Numbered from the stretch's first letter, positions 46,650-57,959 are shown. The stretch is DNA of 64,000 nt from a bacterium (GCA_040756235.1 JBFLZG010000068.1:1-64000); one strand, 5' to 3'. Program-made: numbers and translations. Notes: generated by a model from the letters alone, not told the origin.

Positions 46650-47825
46650 ATGAACATCAACCGCGTCGTTCTGCTGGTCCTGGACGGGGTGGGTATCGGG
46701 GCCCTGCCCGATGCCGGTGAGTATGGTGACGAAGGGGCTCACACGCTCCTCCACTGCGCTCAAGCAGTCGACGGCCTTTCCCTTCGGACCCTGGACAGAC
46801 TCGGCCTGGGCCATGTCGTCTCCTACCCGGGGGCCTCGTTCTCCCGGGCTCCCCTGGCTCATTACGGAAGGCTCGCCGAGGCCTCGGCCGGGAAGGACAC
46901 CCTCACCGGCCACTGGGAAATGATGGGTCTGATCCTGCGCGAACCCTTCCCGACGTTCCCTGGAGGCATACCCGAAACGATCCTCGATCAACTCGCGGCC
47001 GAGACCGGCTATCGGCCCCTCGGAGGCTGCCCCGCTTCGGGCACCTCCATTCTGGAATCACTGGGCGAAGAGCACCTGCGCACTCGAAGGCCGATCCTCT
47101 ACACATCCGCGGACAGCGTCCTGCAGATTGCGGCACACCTCGACCTGTATTCGCTCGAAGAGCTCTACGCCCTCTGTGAAAAGGCCCGGAGGCTGACCGA
47201 GTCCTGGCGTATCGCACGGGTCATCGCCCGGCCGTTCATCGGGCAGCCGGGGAGCTTCCGGCGGACGCCTGATCGCAGGGATTTCTCTCTCCCTCCTCCT
47301 TCCGGGACCCTCCTGGACCGCTTGCAGCAATCGGGCGTTCCCGTCGTGGCGATCGGCAAGATCGACGACATCTTTGCGGGCCGGGGCATCTCCGTCCGGC
47401 GCTCCGCGCACACGAACGCAGAGGTCACCCGCTGCGTGCGATCCGCCCTCGAAGATCTTCAACACGGCCTGATCTTTGCGAATTTGAACGATTTCGACAC
47501 GCTTTATGGCCATCGCCGCGATCCGGCCGGTTTCGCCGCAGCTTTACGGGAGCTGGATGCTTCCCTTCCCGGGCTGTTGGCTTGGCTGCGAAGCGAGGAT
47601 CTGCTCCTTCTGACCTCCGATCACGGATGTGACCCCACCTTCCGGGGAACCGATCATACCCGTGAGTTCGCGCCCCTCATGGCATACTGCAGCGCTCGAA
47701 GTCCGGGCTCCTGGCTGGGGGTTGGCTCCACCTTCTCAGACTTGGCTGCGACCATCGCTCATGCGTTCTCCGTACCTTGGAACGGACCAGGGGTTAGCTT
47801 CTTCTCCAGGCTCGAAGCATGCTGA
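46650..47825 (+). CDS. deoB: Phosphopentomutase
   Basis: 'VLLVLDGVGIGALPDA..YGD', 'SAGKDTLTGHWE', 'YTSADSVLQIAAH', 'RVIARPF', 'DFDTLYGHRRD', 'SDHGCDP...TDHTRE'. Confidence 0.96.
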   Translation: MNINRVVLLVLDGVGIGALPDAGEYGDEGAHTLLHCAQAVDGLSLRTLDRLGLGHVVSYPGASFSRAPLAHYGRLAEASAGKDTLTGHWEMMGLILREPFPTFPGGIPETILDQLAAETGYRPLGGCPASGTSILESLGEEHLRTRRPILYTSADSVLQIAAHLDLYSLEELYALCEKARRLTESWRIARVIARPFIGQPGSFRRTPDRRDFSLPPPSGTLLDRLQQSGVPVVAIGKIDDIFAGRGISVRRSAHTNAEVTRCVRSALEDLQHGLIFANLNDFDTLYGHRRDPAGFAAALRELDASLPGLLAWLRSEDLLLLTSDHGCDPTFRGTDHTREFAPLMAYCSARSPGSWLGVGSTFSDLAATIAHAFSVPWNGPGVSFFSRLEAC

Positions 47826-47932
47826 GGCGCTTCCCTGTTCCTCCACCCACACGCACACTCCTCTGTAACGGGGCGACTCCGCCGTTCTTGGCGTCGAGCC
47901 GAGACGAGGGCGTGCTTGCTCGGGTTAACCCA

Positions 47933-47961
47933 TTGACACCTAAAGGGTTTCCACTTATATT
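47933..47961 (+). promoter_or_regulatory. Putative sigma70 promoter of ribF-rluD-pgeF
   Basis: TTGACA-17 bp-TATATT, with the palindrome GGGTTAACCC (47922-31) abutting the -35. Confidence 0.7.
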
Positions 47962-48153
47962 GTCACTCGTGACCCTCCTCGCTCACGGAAGGTCTGGTTG
48001 CGTCCGTCGAGGGAGCGACGCCGTGCGGCCCGCTCGCGGACAGGCATAGATGTCCCTTTCGCTTGACACGATGGCAGCAAGCAGGCGCGCCTGCCTCCCA
48101 GGTTGCAGGCGCCAAGTCTCTCATGAGCGCCCATCCCGCAGCGGGCCCCGATC

Positions 48154-49113
48154 ATGCACGTCTTTCACGACTTGAACGAATTCCCGGCCGACGTTCACGG
48201 CACAGTCGCGACTCTTGGAAACTTTGACGGTGTCCACCTGGGGCATCGGAAGATTTTCAGAGCCCTCAGGGAGGAAGCGGCCGCCCTTGGCGGCAATGCC
48301 TTGGTCGTCACGTTCTTCCCCCATCCCTTGAAGGTGCTGGCGCCCGAGAGAGCGCCTCGCTGCCTGGTCCCGCTGGAAGAGCGGATCCGGCTGATTCAGG
48401 CCTGCGGGATCCCGTTCATTCTCTGCCTGCCTTTCACGCGCGAGCTGGCCGACCTGTCACCTCGGCAGTTTGTCGAAGAAGTCCTCGTGGCACGGCTGGG
48501 CATCAAGAAGGTACTGGTGGGCCAGGACTTTCGCTTCGGAAAGGGCAGACAGGGGGATATCGCCCTCCTTCGAGAGATGGGCAGAACACTCGGTTTCTCG
48601 CTGCGCGTCATCCAGCCGCTTCAGTACCGGGGCCAGCAAGTCAGCAGCACTCGTGTCCGGCAGCTCATCGAACAGGGACGGGTGCGGGAATCCGCCGATC
48701 TGCTGGGAAGGCATTACGGGATTGCCGGGACGGTCATTCGCGGCGACGGCAGAGGCAGGACCTTGGGCTTTCCGACCGCAAACATCGAGACGCCGGCCGA
48801 GCTGCTGCCGCCTCAGGGCGTTTATGCGGTTCTGGCCAGCCTGGAAGGCGAGCCGATCCCCGGCGTCGCCAATCTCGGCACCAAGCCCACCTTCCCCGGT
48901 AAACCCTTTTCCATCGAAGCCTACCTTTTCGATTTCGATCAGGATATCTATGGCAAACGGCTCAGGATGGACTTCGTCGAACGAATCCGAGAGGAGCGCA
49001 AGTTCCCCTCTGTCGATGCCCTGGTCCGGCAGATGGAAATTGACGTCCGAGCCGCCAGAGAGCTGTTGAAGGAGGAAGCGTCCAAGCCTTCCATGGCTTG
49101 CGGCCACTGCTGA
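48154..49113 (+). CDS. ribF: Bifunctional riboflavin kinase/FAD synthetase
   Basis: 'GNFDGVHLGH', 'TFFPHP', 'GQDFRFG', 'VSSTRVR', 'GRTLGFPTAN', 'IEAYLFDF'. Confidence 0.96.
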   Translation: MHVFHDLNEFPADVHGTVATLGNFDGVHLGHRKIFRALREEAAALGGNALVVTFFPHPLKVLAPERAPRCLVPLEERIRLIQACGIPFILCLPFTRELADLSPRQFVEEVLVARLGIKKVLVGQDFRFGKGRQGDIALLREMGRTLGFSLRVIQPLQYRGQQVSSTRVRQLIEQGRVRESADLLGRHYGIAGTVIRGDGRGRTLGFPTANIETPAELLPPQGVYAVLASLEGEPIPGVANLGTKPTFPGKPFSIEAYLFDFDQDIYGKRLRMDFVERIREERKFPSVDALVRQMEIDVRAARELLKEEASKPSMACGHC

Positions 49114-49169
49114 GCGCGCGCACGCCCTGCTTGACCTCCAGAGCCGCCTTTCGAAGGGCCATCCTGCCC

Positions 49170-50180
49170 ATGCCTGCGCCTTCAATCGACAGGATCAACA
49201 GAGTACACAGCGGACCCGGCGCGGTCCTGTCATTCCAGGTCGGAGCTTCGGGCCAGGGCAAACGGCTGGATCAGTTCCTGCACGGCACCGGCAAGTTCGC
49301 CTCGCGCCACCAAGTCCAGCAGTTGATCGGAAGCGGCTTTGTGCGCGTCAACGACGCTCCGGCCAAGCCGTCGCAGAGGCTCAAGCCCGCGGACCATATC
49401 CGGGTCGAGTTGCCGCCTCCGGCTCCATCCGCGTGCTTGCCGGAAGCCATCCCTCTGCTCATCCTCTACGAAGACGAGCACCTGCTGGTCGTCGACAAGC
49501 CCGCGGGAATGGTCGTCCACCCGGCCGCCGGACACTCGACCCGCACGTTGGTCCATGCGCTGCTCTTTCACTGCAAGGATTTGTCAGGGGTCGGAGGGGT
49601 CCTCAGGCCGGGCATCGTCCATCGCTTGGACAAGGGTACCTCGGGGCTGCTCGTGGTGGCCAAGACGGACGAGGTCCATTGCGCCTTGTCGCGGCAGTTC
49701 CAGGCCCATTCGATCCTGAGGGAATACGTCGGCCTGGTCCACGGAACTCTCCGCGAGACCCGGGGAAGAGTCGAATCCCCCATAGGAAGGCACGTCATCG
49801 ACCGCAAGAGGATGTCCAGCAGAACGCGGAGGGGCAAGGACGCCGTCACGCACTGGGAAGTCGCGCGGCGCTTTCCCTCCTTCACGCTGGTCCGCTTTCG
49901 GCTCGAAACAGGCAGGACCCATCAGATCCGGGTGCATATGGCCGAACAAGGCCACCCGATCGCCGGGGACACCGTCTACGGCTCGTCCAAGCGGAGGCTT
50001 TCCATGCCCCGTGCACAGGAAATTCAGCGCGTCATCGCGTCTCTGGGCCGGCTTTTTCTGCACGCCGAGAAACTCGGCTTCTTGCATCCGACTACAGGGG
50101 AACGCCTGGCCTTCTCGTCGCCGCTGCCGCACGAGCTCGATGAGATTCTGGCGAGCTTGGAGCGTTTCGAACCCTCATGA
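49170..50180 (+). CDS. rluD: RluA/RluD-family pseudouridine synthase with S4 domain
   Basis: 'RLDQFL', 'YEDEHLLVVDKPAGMVVHP', 'RPGIVHRLDKGTSG', 'LETGRTHQIRVH', 'LFLHA'. Start uncertain. Confidence 0.93.
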   Translation: MPAPSIDRINRVHSGPGAVLSFQVGASGQGKRLDQFLHGTGKFASRHQVQQLIGSGFVRVNDAPAKPSQRLKPADHIRVELPPPAPSACLPEAIPLLILYEDEHLLVVDKPAGMVVHPAAGHSTRTLVHALLFHCKDLSGVGGVLRPGIVHRLDKGTSGLLVVAKTDEVHCALSRQFQAHSILREYVGLVHGTLRETRGRVESPIGRHVIDRKRMSSRTRRGKDAVTHWEVARRFPSFTLVRFRLETGRTHQIRVHMAEQGHPIAGDTVYGSSKRRLSMPRAQEIQRVIASLGRLFLHAEKLGFLHPTTGERLAFSSPLPHELDEILASLERFEPS

Positions 50181-51019
50181 ACCAGGTAGAGAGCAAAGGT
50201 ATCACCCTCTTTCAGGATCCCGCCTGGCAGTCCGGGTATCCCACCGTCCTGCATGGGTTCTTCACGCGCCGAGGCGGCACCGGCCCTGCTCCCCTCGAAT
50301 CCCTCCATGTGGCTCTTTCGTCCAGGGACTCGCTCGGCGCAAGGCAGGAGAATCTCAGGCGCGCCGCTGCGGTCTTCGGCATCCGCGAGCGGCAGATCGC
50401 GTGCCTGCGCCAGGTACATGGCGCCGATGTCGTCCGCATCCCGAGCGGCAGGAATCCAGGCCCGTCCGGCGAACCGCCTCGGGGCGACGCCCAGATTACG
50501 GATCGGCCGGGGACCTGCCTCGCCATTCTGACGGCCGACTGCCTCCCGGTGCTTCTCCTGGACCCGGACCGGCCCGCTGTCGGAGCGGTCCACGCGGGGT
50601 GGAGGGGCACCCTGCAATCCATTTGCTCACACGTCGTCTCGGAGATGCGCAAGGCGTTCAGCACGCGCGCCGCACGCCTGCGAGCGCTCCTGGGCCCGTG
50701 TATCGGCGCGTGCTGTTACGAGGTGGGGGAAGACGTGGCCCACGGCTTCCTCGGGGCCTTTCCAGAGGCGGTCGGGTGTGTCCGTGCAAGCGGCCCGAAC
50801 CGCTGGAAGGTGGATCTCTCCGAGCTCAATCGATGGCAACTCCTTGAGGCCGGACTGTTGCCAGAACACATCGGCACATCCACCCTCTGCACGCGCTGCC
50901 GGCCGGACCTGTTTTTCTCGTTCCGCGGCCAGGGGGAGGCAGCCGGACGCCAGATCTCTCTGGTCGGGTTGGGGCCGGCCTCGCGCGGGCTCAAGACCGT
51001 CCCTGTTCCTTCCGAATAG
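50177..51019 (+). CDS. pgeF: Peptidoglycan editing factor / purine nucleoside phosphorylase YfiH-family
   Basis: 'HGFFTRRGG', 'QVHG', 'TADCLPVLL', 'HAGWRG', 'GPCIG.CCYEVG', 'FFSFR'. Follows rluD. Confidence 0.93.
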   Translation: MNQVESKGITLFQDPAWQSGYPTVLHGFFTRRGGTGPAPLESLHVALSSRDSLGARQENLRRAAAVFGIRERQIACLRQVHGADVVRIPSGRNPGPSGEPPRGDAQITDRPGTCLAILTADCLPVLLLDPDRPAVGAVHAGWRGTLQSICSHVVSEMRKAFSTRAARLRALLGPCIGACCYEVGEDVAHGFLGAFPEAVGCVRASGPNRWKVDLSELNRWQLLEAGLLPEHIGTSTLCTRCRPDLFFSFRGQGEAAGRQISLVGLGPASRGLKTVPVPSE

Positions 51020-51050
51020 AAAAGAAACAGAAAACATCCGGGAGAAGGAC

Positions 51051-51079
51051 TTGACACGAGAGTTCGTCTTGATTAGATT
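51051..51079 (+). promoter_or_regulatory. Putative sigma70 promoter of rho with a ~350-nt leader
   Basis: TTGACA-17 bp-TAGATT, followed by a C/T-rich, G-poor tract (51091-51141). Confidence 0.68.
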
Positions 51080-51435
51080 GAGTTTGCTACCAGTTCGTTC
51101 TGCCCTCTCGTTTTTCCGTGCTCCCGAAGGGCTTCTCTCTTAAGCCTCGAAGCATCTAATCTTCGCGAACGCCAATGAAAGCGGACTCTGAGCGGGTCGC
51201 CTTGCGAGACAAGCAAACGCGTAAGCCTCTGATGTATTCATTCGATCTCTGCTAGGCCTGCCTGACAGGCGACATCCAAGCTGCAGAGTGAGTGAGCAGG
51301 ATTCAAGCGAGTCGACGCACTCCCTCTGGCGACCTCATTGCACTCGAATCGAACCGATTTCTGATACCCCTTTAACTGAAATCCGCAAATCCGCGGAACG
51401 CTCGGCAAGAGTAACATAGGAGGATTGAAGCGGTC

Positions 51436-52719
51436 ATGGCGAATGGAACCTCGCAAAATTTCATGAACCTCAAGGAGCTGAAGCAGAAGAAGATCAGCGA
51501 GCTGACCAATCTGGCGAAGGCGCTGAACATCGAAGGCGCCAGCGGGATGCGGAAGCAGGAGCTCATCTTTTCCCTCCTTCAAGCTCAAACGGAAAAGAAC
51601 GGTCTGATCTACGGATTGGGCGTGCTGGAGTGCCTCCCGGACGGGTTCGGCTTCCTGCGCGCGCCGGACTACAATTATCTGCCCGGACCGGACGACATTT
51701 ACGTTTCGCCCTCGCAGATCCGTCGGTTCAATCTCAGGACCGGCCACAGCGTCTCGGGACAGATACGCCCTCCGAAGGACTCGGAGCGGTACTACGCCCT
51801 GCTCAAGGTGGAAGCGGTCAATCAGGAGGACCCGGAGGTCGCACGCGAGAAGATCCTCTTCGACAACCTCACGCCGCTGTTCCCCACCGAGAAAGTCAAG
51901 CTGGAGTACGACTCCGAAAACTACTCGACCCGCATCATGGATCTTCTGGTCCCGATCGGCTTCGGACAGCGCGGTCTCATCGTGTCGCCGCCCCGGGCAG
52001 GAAAGACCATGCTCCTGCAGGCGATCGCGAACTCGATCACGGCAAACCACAAAGATGCATCGCTCATCGTTCTGCTCATCGACGAGAGACCTGAAGAGGT
52101 CACGGAGATGCAGCGCTCGGTCAAGGGGGAGGTGATCAGCTCCACCTTCGACGAACCGGCCCAGAGGCACATTCAAGTGGCCGAGATGGTTCTGGAGAAG
52201 GCGAAGCGCCTGGTCGAGTACAAGAACAACGTCGTCATTCTCCTCGACAGCATCACCCGCCTCGCCAGAGCCTACAACACCGTGGTCCCGCCCAGCGGCA
52301 AGATCCTGTCCGGAGGTGTGGACTCCAACGCGCTGCACCGGCCCAAGAGATTCTTCGGGGCCGCCCGCAACCTCGAAGAAGGAGGCAGTCTCACCATCAT
52401 CGGCACGGCTCTCGTGGACACGGGAAGCCGCATGGACGAGGTCATTTTCGAAGAATTCAAGGGCACCGGGAACATGGAGATCGTCCTGGACAGGCGCCTC
52501 GCGGACCGAAGGATCTTCCCGGCGATCGACATCAACCGTTCCGGGACCCGCAAGGAGGAGCTCCTGATCAATCGGGAAGACCTGAACCGTATCTGGATAC
52601 TCAGGAAAGTGCTGCAGCCCTTGAACCCGATCGAAGCGATGGAGTTTCTGCTGGACAAGATGCGGCGGACCCGGAGCAATCGAGACTTCCTGGATGCGAT
52701 GAGCGGCTCGGATATCTGA
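51436..52719 (+). CDS. rho: Transcription termination factor Rho
   Basis: 'DGFGFLR', '[13 protein letters not shown]', '[15 protein letters not shown]', '[10 protein letters not shown]', '[13 protein letters not shown]', '[11 protein letters not shown]'. Confidence 0.99.
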   Translation: MANGTSQNFMNLKELKQKKISELTNLAKALNIEGASGMRKQELIFSLLQAQTEKNGLIYGLGVLECLPDGFGFLRAPDYNYLPGPDDIYVSPSQIRRFNLRTGHSVSGQIRPPKDSERYYALLKVEAVNQEDPEVAREKILFDNLTPLFPTEKVKLEYDSENYSTRIMDLLVPIGFGQRGLIVSPPRAGKTMLLQAIANSITANHKDASLIVLLIDERPEEVTEMQRSVKGEVISSTFDEPAQRHIQVAEMVLEKAKRLVEYKNNVVILLDSITRLARAYNTVVPPSGKILSGGVDSNALHRPKRFFGAARNLEEGGSLTIIGTALVDTGSRMDEVIFEEFKGTGNMEIVLDRRLADRRIFPAIDINRSGTRKEELLINREDLNRIWILRKVLQPLNPIEAMEFLLDKMRRTRSNRDFLDAMSGSDI

Positions 52720-52869
52720 CCGACCCCGGCTCACCCCCTTGGTGCCGTCCGGAAGCGCCGGGTTCCAGACCGGCAGACCTCTGCTGCCGCCCTGCCCGGT
52801 ACTTGTTTCCATGGACAGTTTCCGTTAACATTCAATTTTTGGATGGCGCCGGAGACAAGGAGCTGACGT

Positions 52870-53079
52870 ATGAAGAAGGACATTCATCCCAAGTACGAAG
52901 AGGCGGTCGTGCGCTGCGCCTGCGGCAACGAGTTCAAGACCCGGTCGACGAAAGGCAAGATCACGACCGAAATCTGCTCCAACTGCCACCCCTTTTTCAC
53001 AGGCAAACAGAAACTGGTGGATACGGAAGGCAGGGTGGATCGGTTTTTGCGGAAGTACGGCAAGACCATTCCCAAGTAG
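52870..53079 (+). CDS. rpmE: 50S ribosomal protein L31 (Zn-binding type)
   Basis: 'MKKDIHPKY...CACGN...[23 protein letters not shown]'. Confidence 0.98.
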   Translation: MKKDIHPKYEEAVVRCACGNEFKTRSTKGKITTEICSNCHPFFTGKQKLVDTEGRVDRFLRKYGKTIPK

Positions 53080-53226
53080 TCCCTCCCCCAGGCCCTTCCC
53101 CCGGTCGCTTCCAGGCATTTCTTACCGGCACTGCCCTCTTGCGGGCAGACATCATGGACCTCTCCGCGGGAGCCTCGATCATGGCAAGGGGCTGACGTCT
53201 TGGTGAGCCCCGAGCTGGAGAAACCG

Positions 53227-54294
53227 ATGCTGCAGAACCTCGAGAATCTGGAGAGAAGATTCGAGGAGCTGACCGGCAAGCTCAGCGCCCGAGAGATCCA
53301 TCAGGATCCCGCTGCCTACAGACAGATCGCCAGGGAACACGCTCAATTGCAGGACATCGTCGTGCTGTACCAGCAGACCAAGGTCCTGAAAGACCAGATT
53401 CATGAGAGCCAGGCCCTGCTGGCAGAGAAGGACGAAGAGCTGCGGGACTTGGCGAGGCAGGAGGTGCAAAGCCTGCAGCAGAGGCTCCAATCCGCTGAGG
53501 ACCGCCTCCGGTTTCTGCTGCTTCCGAAGGACCCCAACGACGACAAGAACACGTTCCTGGAGATCCGCGCCGGAGCAGGAGGCGAAGAAGCGGCTCTGTT
53601 CGCTTCCGACATGTTCCGCATGTATGTGAAGTACGCGGAAGCCAAGCGCTGGAAAGTCGAAATCATGGACCGCCATGCCACCGGGCTCGGCGGCCTGAGA
53701 GAAGTCATCGCATTGATCCAGGGCGCGCGTGTCTTCAGCCGGCTCAAATACGAAGCGGGCGTCCACCGGGTCCAGAGAGTCCCTGAAACCGAAGCGCAGG
53801 GGCGGATTCACACCTCGACGGTGACGGTGGCCGTTCTGCCCGAAGCGGACGAGCTCGACGTGAAGATCGACCCGGCAGACCTGCGGATCGACATTTTCCG
53901 TTCGAGCGGCCCTGGCGGACAGAGCGTGAACACGACCGATTCGGCCGTGCGGATCACGCACTTGCCGACCGGTATCGTCGTCTCCTGCCAGGATGAGAAG
54001 TCTCAGCACAAGAACAAGGCCAAGGCCCTGCGCGTTCTCTACGCCCGGCTCAAGGACAAGATGGAGCAGGAGCAACACCACGAGATCGCCCAGAGACGCA
54101 AGGATATGGTCGGCACCGGGGATCGGAGCGAGAGGATCCGGACCTACAACTTCCCCCAGAGCCGAATCACGGACCATCGAATCGGTCTGACCGTCCACCG
54201 GCTCGAGGCCGTCCTGGAAGGCGATCTGGACGTCCTTGTCGATCCGTTGATTGCACATTTTCAGGCCGAAGCCCTGAAGCGGCAGAGCACCTGA
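53227..54294 (+). CDS. prfA: Peptide chain release factor 1
   Basis: 'EIRAGAGGEEA', 'VHRVQRVPETE' (PxT), GGQ, 'RSERIRTYNFPQ.RITDHRI'. Start 53227 or 53200. Confidence 0.97.
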   Translation: MLQNLENLERRFEELTGKLSAREIHQDPAAYRQIAREHAQLQDIVVLYQQTKVLKDQIHESQALLAEKDEELRDLARQEVQSLQQRLQSAEDRLRFLLLPKDPNDDKNTFLEIRAGAGGEEAALFASDMFRMYVKYAEAKRWKVEIMDRHATGLGGLREVIALIQGARVFSRLKYEAGVHRVQRVPETEAQGRIHTSTVTVAVLPEADELDVKIDPADLRIDIFRSSGPGGQSVNTTDSAVRITHLPTGIVVSCQDEKSQHKNKAKALRVLYARLKDKMEQEQHHEIAQRRKDMVGTGDRSERIRTYNFPQSRITDHRIGLTVHRLEAVLEGDLDVLVDPLIAHFQAEALKRQST

Positions 54295-54313
54295 AAGGAC
54301 CCTCGATCCCAGA

Positions 54314-55279
54314 ATGGACGGCGAATTCCCTTCAAGGCAGCGCCCCAACGAGGACCGGGCGGCATGGACGATCCAAAGCCTGCTGGCTTGGACCACCGGG
54401 TTCTTCCGACAGCACGGGATCCCTTCGGACCGCCTGGACGCAGAAGTCCTGCTTTCTCATGCACTGGGAAAAGACCGCCTCTTTCTCTATTTGAATCACC
54501 GGATGGAAGTCCAGGAGCCATGTCTTTCCGATTTCCGGCGCTCCGTGCAGAGGCGCATCCGCCGCGAACCGGTTGCCTACATCACGGGAGTCCGGGAGTT
54601 CTTCTCCATCCCCCTGGCGGTCAGTCCGGCGGTGTTGATCCCGAGGCCCGAGACCGAGCACCTGGTGGAGCGCGCGCTCGCCTGGGCACGCGCCCGCGCC
54701 GCTTCCGGCCGGGCCGACCCGCTCCGCATCCTGGACCTCGGCACCGGATCCGGCAATATAGGCATCGCCCTGGCAAGGCATCTGCCGGAGGCCCGTGTCC
54801 TCTCGACGGACCTCTCTTTCCCGGCACTCGCTCTGGCGCGAGCGAATGCGCGCAACGCGGGGATCGGCTGCGACCGCATGAGCTTCCTCCAGGGGGACCT
54901 GTTCGGTCCGATTCACGCCGGGAGGGGCAGATTTCATCTGATCGTTTCAAACCCTCCGTACGTGCCGGAACGGGCTCGAAGCACCCTCGCCCCCGAAGTC
55001 GCTTCGTTTGAGCCTTGGACTGCGTTGAACGGAGGCCCGGAGGGTACGGACATCCTCATCCGGATCCTGCGGCAGGCGCCCGGTTACCTCGAAAAGGGCG
55101 GAGCGCTCGTGCTGGAGATCGGCGATGAGCAGTCCGGGAGCGTCTCCCGCTCGGCAGAGCAGGCGGCGGCGTATCGTGACGTGCGGATCTACCCCGATTT
55201 TTCCGGTAAGCCCAGGGTCGTCGTGGCCTGCACCCAGGAGCCAGACCTTGGCCGGGCTCCCGCCACAGTCGCGGATTGA
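54314..55279 (+). CDS. prmC: Release factor glutamine methyltransferase
   Basis: 'RLDAEVLL', 'EPVAYITG', 'VLIPRPETE', 'LDLGTGSG', 'VSNPPY'. Confidence 0.96.
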   Translation: MDGEFPSRQRPNEDRAAWTIQSLLAWTTGFFRQHGIPSDRLDAEVLLSHALGKDRLFLYLNHRMEVQEPCLSDFRRSVQRRIRREPVAYITGVREFFSIPLAVSPAVLIPRPETEHLVERALAWARARAASGRADPLRILDLGTGSGNIGIALARHLPEARVLSTDLSFPALALARANARNAGIGCDRMSFLQGDLFGPIHAGRGRFHLIVSNPPYVPERARSTLAPEVASFEPWTALNGGPEGTDILIRILRQAPGYLEKGGALVLEIGDEQSGSVSRSAEQAAAYRDVRIYPDFSGKPRVVVACTQEPDLGRAPATVAD

Positions 55280-55304
55280 AGATTTTCCGAATGAGGAGGG
55301 TGCG

Positions 55305-56561
55305 GTGGACAAATTGGTGGTCGAAGGGGGAGCGCGTCTCTCCGGGGACGTTCTCATAGAGGGCGCCAAGAATGCCGCTCTGCCTGCGCTGGCCGCGTCT
55401 CTTCTGGCGCAGGACGCCGAGGTCGTTCTCGACAGGGTGCCCGATGTCGTCGATATCCGCACCATGTGTCATCTCCTGCGCAAGCTGGGAGCCGCGGTCG
55501 AGGCCGACGGCCCCTGTGTCAGGATCCTCCCACGGGAACTCGCCAACTGGGAAGCTCCTTACGACCTCGTCCGGACCATGCGGGCCTCCGTGCTGGTTCT
55601 GGGTCCTCTTGTCGGGCGGTACGGGTACGCCAAGGTGTCCTTTCCCGGCGGATGCGCGATCGGCGCACGCCCGATCAACCTCCACCTTGCCGGGCTCGAG
55701 GCGATGGGCGCCCGCATCTCGCTGGACGGCGGCTACATCGAGGCCAGGGCCCGGCGCTTGAGAGGAGCGGACATTTACCTGGACATGCCCACGGTGACCG
55801 GCACCGAGAACCTGATGATGGCGGCCGTCCTCGCAGAAGGAACCACGATCATCGAGAACGCCGCCATGGAGCCCGAGATCGTGGACCTGGCGCATTTTCT
55901 GGCCGCCATGGGGGCCAGGATCCAGGGCGCCGGGACCGAGCGGATCGAGGTTCAAGGGGTTTCGCGGCTTGCAGGGGCGCGCCACGCGGTCATTGCGGAC
56001 CGGGTGGAAGCCGCCACCTACGCAGCTGCCGCAGCGATCACCGCGGGCGACATTCGCCTGTGCGGCGCACCTCGAGAATCCCTTCAGGCGGTCCTGCTGA
56101 AGATGTCCGCTGCCGGCGTCCAGGCCGAAGCCGGGGACGAGGCCATCCGTGTCGCCGGACCCGGGCGCCTGCGCAGCGTCGACATCAAGACGGCCCCCTA
56201 TCCCGGGTTCCCGACGGACGTTCAGGCGCAATTCATGGCCATGATGGCGATCGCGGACGGGACCAGCGTGATCCGCGAGACCGTCTTCGAGAACCGCTTC
56301 ATGCATGTGGCGGAGCTGAGGAGGATGGGAGCCGACATCCGGGTCGAGGGGCCTACGGCGCTGGTCCGTGGGAAGCCCGCCCTGCGCGGAGCCCCTGTCA
56401 TGGCCACCGATCTCCGAGCCAGCGCCTCGCTGGTGCTGGCCGGGCTGGCTGCAGCCGGAACCACGGAGATCTCTCGCATTTACCACCTCGATCGGGGTTA
56501 TCGGGCACTGGAGCAGAAGCTGGCCGCCTTGGGGGCCCGGATTCGGCGCAAGAAAGCGTAG
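55305..56561 (+). CDS. murA: UDP-N-acetylglucosamine 1-carboxyvinyltransferase
   Basis: 'GAKNAALP', 'MRAS.LVLGP', '[10 protein letters not shown]', 'PYPGFPTD.Q', 'DLRAS', 'HLDRGY'. GTG start at 55305 after GAGGAGG. Confidence 0.97.
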   Translation: MDKLVVEGGARLSGDVLIEGAKNAALPALAASLLAQDAEVVLDRVPDVVDIRTMCHLLRKLGAAVEADGPCVRILPRELANWEAPYDLVRTMRASVLVLGPLVGRYGYAKVSFPGGCAIGARPINLHLAGLEAMGARISLDGGYIEARARRLRGADIYLDMPTVTGTENLMMAAVLAEGTTIIENAAMEPEIVDLAHFLAAMGARIQGAGTERIEVQGVSRLAGARHAVIADRVEAATYAAAAAITAGDIRLCGAPRESLQAVLLKMSAAGVQAEAGDEAIRVAGPGRLRSVDIKTAPYPGFPTDVQAQFMAMMAIADGTSVIRETVFENRFMHVAELRRMGADIRVEGPTALVRGKPALRGAPVMATDLRASASLVLAGLAAAGTTEISRIYHLDRGYRALEQKLAALGARIRRKKA

Positions 56562-56593
56562 GTCTCGGCTCCGTTCCAGCCCCCTCCAAGGAA

Positions 56594-57907
56594 ATGTCCA
56601 TGAGAACATTCCGGTTCGGGACCCCTGAAAGCAACGAGGCCGTCCGGGCACTCTGCTCTCGTTTCGAATCCCCCGACCTGGCGAGCCTGGAGACCGCCGT
56701 TCGAGAGATCCTTCGGCGCGTTCAGACACGAGGCGACGACGCTCTGCTGGAGTACACCGCTCAGTGGGACGGGGTCCGGCTCGGCCGCTCCGAGCTCGAA
56801 GTCCCGCCCGAGAGCCTGGATCGAGCGCTCGACACCCTCGATCCGGATTCCAGGGACTGTTTGCAGTTTGCAGCAGAAAGGATCCGGCGGTTCCACGAAC
56901 ACCAGAAGCAGACGTCCTGGGAGGTGGTGGATGAAACGGGCAGCCTCATGGGGCAAAGGATCTCGCCCCTGGACCGGGTCGGGGTGTACGTCCCCGGAGG
57001 GCGGGCCGCCTATCCTTCCTCCCTGTTGATGAACGTGCTGCCGGCCAAGGTGGCGGGGGTGGCCAGCATCTTCGTGGTCACGCCTCCCGGCGGCGAGCGG
57101 GCCCATCCGGCTGTGCTGGCCGCCGCTCGGCTGGCCGGTGTCGATCGGGTGTTCCGCGTGGGAGGAGCCCAGGCGATTGGCGCGCTCGCCTTCGGCACCG
57201 CCACCATCCCGGCGGTTGACAAGATCGTCGGGCCAGGCAATCTGTACGTAGCCACGGCCAAGAGGCTCGTCTTCGGCAAAGTCGACATCGACATGGTCGC
57301 AGGGCCCAGCGAGGTGCTCATCGTCACCGACGGGCACGCGGACCCCGTGCATCTGGCGGCGGACTTGCTTGCTCAAGCGGAGCACGATCCCCAGGCGCTT
57401 CCGCTCCTGGTCAGCACCTCCTCCGGGTTCCTGGCGGACGTCCTGGCCGAGCTTGAGAGACAGAAGAGCCTGGGTCCATGGGAGCAGACCGCCTCGGCCG
57501 CCGTCCGCAACAACGGCCGGGCTTTCCTCGTTCGGGATCTGGATGAGGCGCTCGAGCTGGTCAACACGATCGCGCCGGAACATCTCGAGCTGGCCGTCCG
57601 AGACCCGGTCTCCCTCTCTGCAGGGGTGCGCCATGCCGGCGCCATCTTTCTCGGCTGCGAGAGCCCCGAAACGCTGGGCGACTATGTCGCGGGCCCCAAT
57701 CATGTGCTCCCCACGATGGGGACGGCTCGTTTCTCCTCCCCTTTGGGGGTCTATGACTTCGTCAAGAGAACCAGTGTGATCCGCATGAGCCCGCAGGGGC
57801 TCTCCGAGCTGGGCCCGTGGGCGGCCCGCCTGGCGAGAATGGAGGGATTGCATGCGCACGCGCATGCGGTCGAGGTCAGGATGAGGCGGCAGTCGGTCGA
57901 GACATGA
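56594..57907 (+). CDS. hisD: Histidinol dehydrogenase
   Basis: '[14 protein letters not shown]', '[13 protein letters not shown]', 'IVGPGN', 'AGPSEV', 'QAEHD', 'APEHLE', 'GPNHVLPT'. Start 56594 or 56600. Confidence 0.97.
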   Translation: MSMRTFRFGTPESNEAVRALCSRFESPDLASLETAVREILRRVQTRGDDALLEYTAQWDGVRLGRSELEVPPESLDRALDTLDPDSRDCLQFAAERIRRFHEHQKQTSWEVVDETGSLMGQRISPLDRVGVYVPGGRAAYPSSLLMNVLPAKVAGVASIFVVTPPGGERAHPAVLAAARLAGVDRVFRVGGAQAIGALAFGTATIPAVDKIVGPGNLYVATAKRLVFGKVDIDMVAGPSEVLIVTDGHADPVHLAADLLAQAEHDPQALPLLVSTSSGFLADVLAELERQKSLGPWEQTASAAVRNNGRAFLVRDLDEALELVNTIAPEHLELAVRDPVSLSAGVRHAGAIFLGCESPETLGDYVAGPNHVLPTMGTARFSSPLGVYDFVKRTSVIRMSPQGLSELGPWAARLARMEGLHAHAHAVEVRMRRQSVET

Positions 57908-57959
57908 CCGCGGTCCCGCTTCCGCAACCGTCTCCACCGCATCAGGGGAGAAAGCGATC

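Noticed and set aside
55125..56593. Apparent N-terminal extensions or fusions of MurA (from 55125), HisD (from 55466) and GspE (from 13181)
   Set aside because: Open-frame run-ups overlapping the upstream genes. SD-supported starts exist at 55305, 56594 and 13580.
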